From assembly GCA_963740085.1 (NCBI GenBank), contig CAVUCU010000001.1, positions 544,001 through 608,000 of the forward strand: DNA of 64,000 bases. The letters are read 5' to 3'. The stretch is from Nitrospirota bacterium. GTDB taxonomy: Bacteria > Nitrospirota > UBA9217. Below the pieces are notes generated by a model, which worked only from the letters and a program-made list of their open reading frames with translations, was not told the DNA's origin and did no database searches. Positions 19,116 to 27,674 of this stretch are shown piece after piece; within the stretch, counting starts at the first letter, position 1; each line of letters starts with the position of its first letter. The position numbers and the translations under genes were made by a program.

Positions 19116-21278
19116 CTATCCCCGGAGTACCGGTTGCTTGACCGCTATCACCTTGGACACGCCGGAACCTGTAAGCAAGCCCTGGTTCATGGCCATGATA
19201 AGCACGGAAGCGTACAGGGCGTTCGGTTTCGAGGCCTTTGCAGCCACCGGTCTGAAAGACCCGGTTCCGATCTTCGCTGCCTTCACCTTTTTGACTGCAG
19301 CAGTGATATCTTTTCCCTTAAAGGCCTTTGTCTTGCTCATTGCCGCCGAGATATCGGCCGCGATCTCCAAGCCATCCTTTGCCTCTCCGGCAGGATGCTG
19401 CACCGGAGCAACGGTCTTAACCGCGCCGTAGGTATTCATAACGGTCCCCTGCCTCTCATAGAGGGCAGCCATGGGAAGCACCAGGTCCGCCTTTTCTGCA
19501 AACGGCGTCATATGACTTGCCTGCACGATTATCATGTTGGATTTGAAATCAGCATCTCCCACGTTGCCGGCAACGAACAGCGCTTTCATGCCGGACCTCA
19601 TTTCAGCATAGCCCTTGCCCGCCTTTTTCACCTTGACAGCGCCTGGACCAAGATCAGGTACGCAACCCATCTGCATCGCTCCCAGGGCGTTCGCCTCAAG
19701 CATGAGCGGCAGCACCCCCGCATTGGTCATGAGCGCAAGGTTCAAGGCCTGGAACGAAGCGTCTTCATTCGTCGAAATGCCGGTACCGATAATGACGAGC
19801 GCCTGTTTTGCCGCGGCAAGCGCCTTTCCGGCGTTTGCAAGCTGCTCAGCCGAAACGCCTGACGTGGATGCGGCGGTGTCAATGCTTACGAGCGATTTTT
19901 TCAGGGCATCAAACCCCTTTGCAGAAGAAGTTGCACCCTCAGCGATCGCAGCACTCATGAGGCCCGCGAGAAGGACCGTGTCGGTCCCTTCTTTGAGCTG
20001 TAGATGAATGGCATTCTGATGGCCCGCGAGCTCGATCTTCTCCGGGTTCACCACTATGACCTTTGCGCCAGCCTGGGCCCTTCTCCTGATCATAACCTCC
20101 ACTTCCTGGAGGGATTGTTTCTTCTGCGACGGGTCGGCGCCGATCACCACGATCACGTCGGCGGATCTGAGATCGGCCCGTGATGCGATGGTGATACCCG
20201 CATCGCCATAGACCGAACGGAGAGCAGAGATCAGGCCGCCCGCATACGCGGACGCCGGCGTATCGACATTCGGGCTTCCCGCCACATCTCGGGCAAGCTT
20301 CTGAACAGCATATGCCTCCTCGTTCGTGAGCGAACCGGCGGCGATGAACCCCGCATTGACTCCTGCCTTCTTGAAGGCGTCAGCCGCGAGCTTTGCTGCA
20401 TCTTCCCAGGTGGTGGGCACGAGTTTTCCGCCCTGTTTCTTCATGGGTGTCATGATACGATTAGCCGTTTTTAACGAATCAAACCCGAAACGGCCGATCA
20501 CACAAATGTAGCCGTTGTCCTCTTTCGCGTTCACCTTCACAATCTTACCGTCCTTGCTGCTCGTGACAACGCTGCAACCCGAGCCGCAGGCGGTGCAGAC
20601 CGTTTCCTGTTTTTTAAGGTCCCATTCCCTGCCGTGCTGCCAACGGTCGCGTTCCATGATCGCATTGACCGGGCATGCGTCAACGCAAGACCCGCAGAAC
20701 GTGCAGCCCGAATCCTGGAGCGGTTTGTCCATCGCCGTGGTTACTTTGGTGGCGATGCCGCGGCCCATAAAGTCGAGCACGTTCGTGTTCTGCTCCTTGC
20801 AGACCCGTACACACCGGCCGCACAGGATGCAGTAGTTGTTGTCAATGGTGATGAAAGGGCTCCGGTCGTTGAGCTCGTAGTTGAAGCTCTTCCTGCCGAA
20901 AGACGATTCCTGAATTTTCAGGTCCGCGGCATACCGCTGCAGATCGCAGGCGCCGGCCTTGGGGCAGGTCATGCAATCCAAGGGGTGGAAGGACAGGACC
21001 AGGTCGGTCACAAATTTTCTGATCTCCTCGACCTTGGGGGTGCTGGTCTGGACCTTCATCCCTTCCTTGGTCCGGGTGGTGCAACCGGTAACCGGCGTCT
21101 TCATGCCCTCGATCTCCACCATGCACATGCGGCATGCGCCCACCCCTCTGAGTTCCTTGATATGGCACAGGTTCGGGATGTGGATCCCAACGGTCGCCGC
21201 TGCGTCCACAAGGGTCATGCCCTCGGGAACAGAAACGGCCTTGCCGTCAAATTCCATGTTCAACATCTTGGTCGTCAT
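19116..21278 (-). CDS. NuoG/FdhA-like multi-Fe-S subunit with degenerate molybdopterin domain
   Basis: [2Fe-2S] (C..CRMC..C), HPLDCMTC..C, two CxxCxxCxxxC, CTACGSGC..C; no Cys/Sec-His at the FDH active-site position (PNVDTPASAYA). Confidence 0.85.
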   Translation of the reverse strand: MTTKMLNMEFDGKAVSVPEGMTLVDAAATVGIHIPNLCHIKELRGVGACRMCMVEIEGMKTPVTGCTTRTKEGMKVQTSTPKVEEIRKFVTDLVLSFHPLDCMTCPKAGACDLQRYAADLKIQESSFGRKSFNYELNDRSPFITIDNNYCILCGRCVRVCKEQNTNVLDFMGRGIATKVTTAMDKPLQDSGCTFCGSCVDACPVNAIMERDRWQHGREWDLKKQETVCTACGSGCSVVTSSKDGKIVKVNAKEDNGYICVIGRFGFDSLKTANRIMTPMKKQGGKLVPTTWEDAAKLAADAFKKAGVNAGFIAAGSLTNEEAYAVQKLARDVAGSPNVDTPASAYAGGLISALRSVYGDAGITIASRADLRSADVIVVIGADPSQKKQSLQEVEVMIRRRAQAGAKVIVVNPEKIELAGHQNAIHLQLKEGTDTVLLAGLMSAAIAEGATSSAKGFDALKKSLVSIDTAASTSGVSAEQLANAGKALAAAKQALVIIGTGISTNEDASFQALNLALMTNAGVLPLMLEANALGAMQMGCVPDLGPGAVKVKKAGKGYAEMRSGMKALFVAGNVGDADFKSNMIIVQASHMTPFAEKADLVLPMAALYERQGTVMNTYGAVKTVAPVQHPAGEAKDGLEIAADISAAMSKTKAFKGKDITAAVKKVKAAKIGTGSFRPVAAKASKPNALYASVLIMAMNQGLLTGSGVSKVIAVKQPVLRG

Positions 21279-21436
21279 AGCATCCTCCAGAATATCGCTT
21301 CGTAAAATTTTCAGAAAAAGATCCAGAATGGGGCAGCTGAATTATGTTCTCTCTCAATCACTGTCTAAGTGATTCCTGGTTACACAGGGGTACGCATGAT
21401 GATGCTCACCAGACGTTACGCTCTATCTTACAATCC

Positions 21437-22132
21437 TTATTTCCTGCCCGCGATGGACTCTTCGGCGGGCATGGTCTTGTGGATCACGCAGGACGGGTCG
21501 CCACCGAGGGCGTTTGCTCGGACGTCGCAGGTGCAGACCAGCGTCCGAACCGGAGGCTTAGTGACCGCCTCGCGGTTAATCGTCTCGCGATCTTGTTCGA
21601 TGATCACAACTGCCTTCTCGGGACAGACCTTGATACATTCGCCGCAGTGGGTGCACCGCTGTTGCCGGATGCGGAAAGGGGTGAACCCTCCCTTATACGG
21701 CTGCAGCTTCTGACCCTCGATCGCGTTGTCCTTGCAGACCTCGCGGCATTTGTCACACATGGTGCACAGCGCAGCATTGATCTCATACCGGACGAGCGGT
21801 TTGCACTCATGATAGGTGCAGACACCTTTGATATGCCTATCGAGGTCGCCGGCGCTGTTGGCAAGAAAAGCCGCCAGGATATCGGCATGGTCCTTGCCTT
21901 TCTTGCACATGCCGCCGTCCTTCACCTCAATGGCAATACGTTTGAGCAGGGCAGCGTCCTTTTCCCTGCCTTTTCCGGCCTGGATCGCTTCGAGGATCTT
22001 GATAGCATCGAAGATGCCAAGCTTGCAGGGATGGCACTTGGAGCACATGCCGTCCTTGGAGTCGTCATTATAGAAGAACGTCAGTTTCCGCCGCGTGGCA
22101 TTGACCGGACACTTATTTTCTTGTTGCGACAT
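21437..22132 (-). CDS. Stand-alone NuoF C-terminal Fe-S domain + 2x[4Fe-4S] protein
   Basis: ATG at 22132 after AGGAGG; CxxCxxC-x39-C, H-x4-C-x4-C, two ferredoxin motifs. Confidence 0.8.
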   Translation of the reverse strand: MSQQENKCPVNATRRKLTFFYNDDSKDGMCSKCHPCKLGIFDAIKILEAIQAGKGREKDAALLKRIAIEVKDGGMCKKGKDHADILAAFLANSAGDLDRHIKGVCTYHECKPLVRYEINAALCTMCDKCREVCKDNAIEGQKLQPYKGGFTPFRIRQQRCTHCGECIKVCPEKAVVIIEQDRETINREAVTKPPVRTLVCTCDVRANALGGDPSCVIHKTMPAEESIAGRK

Positions 22133-24011
22133 GGTCCCTCCTCTTCTCGATCGTGATGGCCTGAGTGGGACAGACACTGTAGCAGGCCTTGCACCGGGTG
22201 CAGTAGTCCTGATCGATAAAGAACTTGTCCCGAAGCTCCACTACCGCATCAAAGGCGCAGGCCTGTTTGCAGAGACCACAGAGAATGCAATGCTCGGGCA
22301 ATATCCTGTATGCCCCCAATCCCTGGCAACGTCTGGCCCGGCAGTACTTGTCGTGCACATGCTCTTCGTATTCTTCGCGGAAATACTTGATCGTCGAGAG
22401 CACCGGGTTCGGAGCGCTGTTCCCGAGACCGCAGAGCGACCCGGCAACGACCATCTTGCCCATCTTCTCAAGCCGCTCGATGTCGCCTTGCTCCCCGTAT
22501 CCCGTGGTGATTTTGTCCAGGAGTTCATACATCTGCCAGGTTCCGACACGGCAGGGCGGACACTTGCCGCAGGATTCGCTCTTGGTAAAGGACAGGAAAA
22601 ACTTGGCCACGTCCACCATACAGTCGTCATCGTCCAGCACCACCATCCCGCCGGAGCCCATGATGGAGCCCACCGTCGCAAGGGTGTCGAAGTCCACCTG
22701 CATGTCAAGGAATTTGGCCGGGATGCAGCCGCCCGAGGGTCCGCCGGTCTGGACCGCCTTGAATTGTCTTTCCGGGTTCAGCATGCCGCCGCCGATATCG
22801 AAGATAATCTCCCGGAGTGTGATGCCCATGGGAACTTCGATAAGGCCCGTGTTCTTGATCTTACCGGTAAGGGCGAAAACCTTGGTCCCTTTTGATTTCT
22901 CGGTCCCGATCTTTGTATAGTAATCGAGTCCCTTGGTAATGATCGTGGGAACATTTGCAAAGGTCTCAACGTTGTTCAGATTCGTAGGCATGTTCCAGAG
23001 GCCGCCGGCGGATTCGGAGAGACGTGGAGGACGGGGACGCGGCATGCCGCGCTCGCCCTCAAGGGACGCGACCAGCGCAGTGGACTCACCGCAGACAAAT
23101 GCTCCCGCGCCTTCTTTGATCTCAATGTCAAACTCGAGTCCGGAGCCAAGGATGTTCTTGCCCAGGAGGCCCATACCCCTGGCCTGGGTAATGGCAACGC
23201 CGAGGTTTTTCACCGCAAGAGGATATTCATGCCGCACGTAGATAAAGCCGTGTTGCGCACCGATCGCATACGCGTTGATAAGCATGCCCTCAAGAACGGA
23301 ATGAGGGTCACCTTCCATGAGGGAGCGGTCCATGAACGCGCCGGGGTCGCCTTCGTCGCCGTTACATACCACTGCCTTGATCCTCGCGCCGGATTTTTTC
23401 GTATGCTCCCACTTGAGGCCTGCCGGGAAACCTGCTCCCCCGCGGCCGCGAAGACCGGACTTCTTCACGATGTCGATGACGTCATCGGGCTTCATCTCGG
23501 TCAGCGCCTTGGCGAGGCCGGTATACCCGTCCTCTCGGATGGCGTCATAAATATTGCAGGGATCGACAACCCCGTTCCGATGGAGCGCCACGCGCTTCTG
23601 CTTCTTGTAAAAGGGAATATCACTCACCTTCTCGTTCGGATCGGACAAGGGGAACTCGCGGTAGAGCTTCTTGCGATAGGATACACCGTGGAGCACGGAA
23701 TCAGAGAAGAGCGTCGGGACGTCAGCTACCTTCACCTTCTGGTAAAAGATCTCCTGTGGGTCCTGGATCACCACCGGACCGCGCTGGCAGAACCCCTGGC
23801 ACCCTGTCTTGACAATCTCGAGCTTTTCCCCCTTCTGGGCCGCCTCCTTCTCGAATTGATCAATAAGTTTCAAGGATCCCGTGGCCTGGCACGCGGTACC
23901 GCAACAGATACGCACCCGGTGGGCATCACTCTCCGCGTGCTCCTTTTGGAGCTTCAGGCGCAAGGCATCGAGGTCTTTAACATTTTCCAGCCGCTTAAAC
24001 GTGAGTTCCAT
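22113..24011 (-). CDS. NuoF/HydB-like FMN-NAD(H) subunit
   Basis: GLRGRGGAGFP, NGDEGDPGAFMDR, GAGAFVCGE, GGPSGG, SCGKCPPC..C; N-terminal [2Fe-2S] and C-terminal 2x[4Fe-4S]. Confidence 0.93.
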   Translation of the reverse strand: MELTFKRLENVKDLDALRLKLQKEHAESDAHRVRICCGTACQATGSLKLIDQFEKEAAQKGEKLEIVKTGCQGFCQRGPVVIQDPQEIFYQKVKVADVPTLFSDSVLHGVSYRKKLYREFPLSDPNEKVSDIPFYKKQKRVALHRNGVVDPCNIYDAIREDGYTGLAKALTEMKPDDVIDIVKKSGLRGRGGAGFPAGLKWEHTKKSGARIKAVVCNGDEGDPGAFMDRSLMEGDPHSVLEGMLINAYAIGAQHGFIYVRHEYPLAVKNLGVAITQARGMGLLGKNILGSGLEFDIEIKEGAGAFVCGESTALVASLEGERGMPRPRPPRLSESAGGLWNMPTNLNNVETFANVPTIITKGLDYYTKIGTEKSKGTKVFALTGKIKNTGLIEVPMGITLREIIFDIGGGMLNPERQFKAVQTGGPSGGCIPAKFLDMQVDFDTLATVGSIMGSGGMVVLDDDDCMVDVAKFFLSFTKSESCGKCPPCRVGTWQMYELLDKITTGYGEQGDIERLEKMGKMVVAGSLCGLGNSAPNPVLSTIKYFREEYEEHVHDKYCRARRCQGLGAYRILPEHCILCGLCKQACAFDAVVELRDKFFIDQDYCTRCKACYSVCPTQAITIEKRRDHVATRK

Positions 24012-24483
24012 GTTCGCTCCTCACCGTATTGATTATTTCTTCTACCATCCTGGGCGTCAGTTCGCCGAACAGGTCCTTGTCGTTGATCGTGGTAACGGGC
24101 GCCAGTGCGCAACACCCCACGCACCCCACGGTCTCGAGCGTAACGGACAGGTCCTTGGTTGTCTCGCCTTCCTTGATCCCGAGCTTATGCTCCATTTCCG
24201 TGAGCACGGCCTTTGCGCCACGCACGTGGCAGGCAGTACCCATGCAGACCTTGACGATGTTCTTACCGCGGGGCTTGAAATGGAAATGCTTGTAGAACGA
24301 TGCAACGCCGTAAACATTGTTCAGTGACAGGGACATCCGCTCGGCGATCATGGCCATAGCCTCTTCCGGCAGATAACCGATCTTCTCCTGGACACGCTGG
24401 AATACGGCGATAAGAATGCCCCGCTGACCAGCGGTATCATTAAGGACGGCATCAACCTTATTTATGTCTTCTTGTTGGAGCAC
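23995..24483 (-). CDS. NuoE/HydC-like [2Fe-2S] subunit
   Basis: YGVASFY, VCMGTACHVRG, CVGCCALAP; GTG start with GGGAGG RBS. Confidence 0.93.
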   Translation of the reverse strand: MLQQEDINKVDAVLNDTAGQRGILIAVFQRVQEKIGYLPEEAMAMIAERMSLSLNNVYGVASFYKHFHFKPRGKNIVKVCMGTACHVRGAKAVLTEMEHKLGIKEGETTKDLSVTLETVGCVGCCALAPVTTINDKDLFGELTPRMVEEIINTVRSEHGTHV

Positions 24484-24881
24484 GATAAGAACCTCCCTCG
24501 TGAAATTGCGAACAGAACAACCGGAGCAGCAGGTTTGCCTGCTGATTTTTCAAGGTCTTGCTGATTAATATAGCACCGCGGTTGTTTTTCGTGATCATGA
24601 ATCGAAAGGTAAAAAAGGATTATGTATAAGGTTTGTATATTAGCAAGCGCGGGGTAAAAAATCAAGAGAAAACATTATAAAATAAAGATCATTAACGTCT
24701 ATAATGCAAAGTTCGAATCCGTTTAACCGGGAATTTTCGAAATAATGAGGGTGCGGTAATCCCTTCAAAACGCACAAGGCATTTTCATCTTCAACATCAA
24801 TAGGTTCCCAATTTGACACGTATGCAATGACCTGCTATCATATTAATTATTAAACGATTGCGTAGAGAATGGTAGCAAATT

Positions 24882-26135
24882 ATGAGCATTCTGGCAATGA
24901 TCCTTGCCGGCGGCAAGGGAGAACGGCTCCATCCCCTCACCATCCACCGAGCGAAGCCTGCGGTCCCCTTTGGCGGCATTTACCGTATCATCGACTTCTC
25001 CCTCTCGAACTGCATCAATTCCAGCATCCGAAAGATCGCTGTGCTGCCCCAATATAAGTCCCTGTCTTTGGACAAACACCTGCGGCTCGCCTGGAACCTT
25101 TTTTCCGGGGAATTGAACGAATACATCATCTCCGTACCACCCCAGCAGCGCGTAGGAGACAAGTGGTATCAGGGAACCGCCGATGCCATCTACCAGAACA
25201 TCTATATGATCGAAAAAGACGCGCCGGACCATGTTCTCGTGCTTGCAGGAGACCACATCTATAAAATGGACTACGCCGAAATGTTCCGGTTCCATAAAGA
25301 GAACACGGCCGATGCAACCGTGGCGGCCATCGAAACGCCACGGACAAATGCCACCGCCTTTGGCATCGTCGAGGTGGACCGTAGAAGCAGGATCGTCGGA
25401 TTCGAGGAAAAACCCAAAGAACCCAGACCCATCCCTGGCCGGCCCGGCATAGCCTTCGCGTCCATGGGCATCTACCTGTTCAACACTAAAACCTTGCTGG
25501 AATATCTGAAGTCCGACGCGCTCCAAGACACTGCCCACGACTTCGGCAAGAACATCATTCCCCAGATGATGAAGACCGCACGTGTCTGCGCCTATAATTT
25601 CAAGGATGAGAATAAAAAAGAAGCAAAGTACTGGCGCGATGTAGGAACGATCGACGCCTACTGGGAGGCCAACATGGACCTGGTACGCGTTGACCCGCTC
25701 CTCAACCTCTACGACAAGGCATGGCCCATCCGAACCTATCAGGCGCAGAATCCGCCGGCCAAGTTCGTGTTCGCCCAGGAGAAAAAAGGAGGCCGGCTCG
25801 GCATCGCACTTGACTCTATCGTGGCTCACGGCTGTATCGTGAGCGGCGGCCGGGTGCAGAATTCCGTGCTATCGCCGAACGTCCGTGTGAACAGTTACAG
25901 TGAAGTGCGTGACTCAATTCTCATGGAGAACGTCGATATCGGACGGCACAGTCGCATCCGGCGCGCCATCATTGACAAGGACGTCGTGATACCTCCGAAG
26001 ACCGAGATCGGGTATAACCTTGAGAATGACAAGAAGCGCTACCACGTAACGCCTTCGGGTATAGTAGTGATCGCGAAAGGAACAGAAGTGTCGGAGAAAA
26101 AAAGGGCAGCGGCTATAACGGAAGAGAGGGCATAA
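24882..26135 (+). CDS. glgC: Glucose-1-phosphate adenylyltransferase
   Basis: LAGGKGERL.PLT..RAKPAVPFGG, WYQGTADA, GDHIYKMDY, FEEKP, YWRDVGT. Confidence 0.97.
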   Translation: MSILAMILAGGKGERLHPLTIHRAKPAVPFGGIYRIIDFSLSNCINSSIRKIAVLPQYKSLSLDKHLRLAWNLFSGELNEYIISVPPQQRVGDKWYQGTADAIYQNIYMIEKDAPDHVLVLAGDHIYKMDYAEMFRFHKENTADATVAAIETPRTNATAFGIVEVDRRSRIVGFEEKPKEPRPIPGRPGIAFASMGIYLFNTKTLLEYLKSDALQDTAHDFGKNIIPQMMKTARVCAYNFKDENKKEAKYWRDVGTIDAYWEANMDLVRVDPLLNLYDKAWPIRTYQAQNPPAKFVFAQEKKGGRLGIALDSIVAHGCIVSGGRVQNSVLSPNVRVNSYSEVRDSILMENVDIGRHSRIRRAIIDKDVVIPPKTEIGYNLENDKKRYHVTPSGIVVIAKGTEVSEKKRAAAITEERA

Positions 26136-26247
26136 GCCATGCTGCGCCGATTTCTTTTTTGATCCTCATCATTCCTGAGAAAACAGAACCCGGCCTTTTC
26201 ATAAAGCTCCAGGTCCCAATCAATTCCGGCTTCAACGCGGAACAGGT

Positions 26248-26880
26248 CTATTTATCATCCCACTTCGTCGGCATGAAAATATTTCGCAGCTTGAGCCACC
26301 GGCGCTCGCTGTCCGTCAACAGCTCGGGTCCGAAGATTTTCTTCATTTTAATGAGCGACAGGCGATCGGCGAGCCCAAGCAGCCCGGTGAAGAATCGACC
26401 GATCAGGGGGATGCTTCCCGAATGAAGAGCCGAGGCCAGGTCCACCACGAATATGTTCCCGTCGACGAACAGAATATTCGTCCTGCGATGCAGATCAAGA
26501 TGCACCCAGCCGCGCTTATGCAGCTCATCAACGATACGCTCGAATTGGCGTATGACCTCAGGCCCGAACTCGCCCCGCTGAAAACAACCGAGGTCCTTAC
26601 CCTCGAGATACTCGACGGCAAGGGAATAGCGCGAGAGCCGCTTGAACTGCTGCGGCAGCCCCTCGACGCCGCTCAGCGCTTCGTAGGCCCTGGCCTCCCT
26701 TCCGATAACGATGAGACCGACGAGATTCCGTTCCCAGAACCCTTTTTGCGAATAATCCTTCACCACGAACCGGCGCCCTTCGGAGCGCGTGATGAAAATA
26801 TCTGCCTTGGTGAACCGGCCCCTGATCAGGACCTTCTCGAGATTCGCGATCGCTTCGTCGTATGTCAGGCCGGGCTGCAT
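26248..26880 (-). CDS. RIO/Kdo-WaaP-like atypical kinase
   Basis: VVKDY, REARA, HLDLHRRTNIL, VDLASA kinase motifs; ATG at 26880 chosen (ORF track 26898); TTGACT-N17-TAAAAT at 26910-26938. Confidence 0.7.
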   Translation of the reverse strand: MQPGLTYDEAIANLEKVLIRGRFTKADIFITRSEGRRFVVKDYSQKGFWERNLVGLIVIGREARAYEALSGVEGLPQQFKRLSRYSLAVEYLEGKDLGCFQRGEFGPEVIRQFERIVDELHKRGWVHLDLHRRTNILFVDGNIFVVDLASALHSGSIPLIGRFFTGLLGLADRLSLIKMKKIFGPELLTDSERRWLKLRNIFMPTKWDDK

Positions 26881-26965
26881 CGTTTGTGTGCACCTCAAAA
26901 AGTTTCATCATTTTAGAAGCACCGCGGGAAAGAGTCAAGGGATTAATAGGCAGGCAGAACCAAAG

Positions 26966-26997
26966 AAAAAGCCTCCTGTTCGGCTTGACAGGAGGCT
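26966..26997 (-). terminator. Intrinsic terminator
   Basis: GCCTCCTGT/ACAGGAGGC stem with A5 on + strand. Confidence 0.65.
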
Positions 26998-27013
26998 CGG
27001 TGACCTTCTCTTT

Positions 27014-27484
27014 CTAAACACCCGGTCGGCTTTCACCGCACCACGACCCTGCCCATGCCGGAACCCCGCTTGCATCGCGAAGTTTCAGGACATCGCTGCC
27101 TCTTTTTACCTCGGCTGCAATGAAGACGTCTTCTCTCCGGCGGAATACCTTCGATCCTTTGATCTCCACCATATCGCCCGAAGTGAGCTTCATCGTCTGC
27201 TTATCGAGGTACCACTGCGGCCCAAGATGCACTACGATATTAGACTCTCCCATGTTGAGCGTAAGCCCGATGCCCTGACAATTTCCGCGCCGGGAAGTTA
27301 TCGGCTCAAGTGAAACCACCTGTCCCGTCACTGTCTCCACTGTGGCAGGGTCATATATCCGGCCGGAAACGCCTCCCCGGGCACAATTGCCAACACCTTT
27401 ACAACCCCATCCCGGGCCAGCTATTGCTGCCACGGCAACACCAACCACCAGGACCACTACCGCAAGAATGATATATTTTTTCAC
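27014..27484 (-). CDS. Secreted OB-fold-like protein (MamS/MamX-domain-like)
   Basis: Signal peptide; YDPATVETV.G, VHLGP.WYL, GD.VEIKGS, LRD..G.P.W pattern (family recalled, not searched). Confidence 0.6.
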   Translation of the reverse strand: MKKYIILAVVVLVVGVAVAAIAGPGWGCKGVGNCARGGVSGRIYDPATVETVTGQVVSLEPITSRRGNCQGIGLTLNMGESNIVVHLGPQWYLDKQTMKLTSGDMVEIKGSKVFRRREDVFIAAEVKRGSDVLKLRDASGVPAWAGSWCGESRPGV

Positions 27485-27674
27485 GTTAACCTCCTCGAGT
27501 AATTTTTGTTACCTGATGGATGGGACACGGGATCGGAATTTAGGTTAAACGGAGAAAGATATTTTCCATCAGTTCACGGAGGAGTGCCAAAGCAGGAACG
27601 GTACGAGGACAGGAAGTTACGAAGATCGTTGTACATTCCGGAACCATGCCCCTCAGCTTCCCGCCTTTTCAAAC

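Noticed and set aside
19116-21278. Selenocysteine readthrough in the Fdh-like gene
   Set aside because: The ORF is continuous, with no in-frame TGA.
19116-24483. Respiratory complex I nuoEFG or formate dehydrogenase
   Set aside because: No membrane nuo genes nearby; the NuoF is the long HydB type; the FDH active-site ligand is absent. Gene symbols withheld.
24484-24881. CooA, FNR, Rex or sigma54 sites upstream of the CODH module
   Set aside because: Only weak half-site matches were found by eye.
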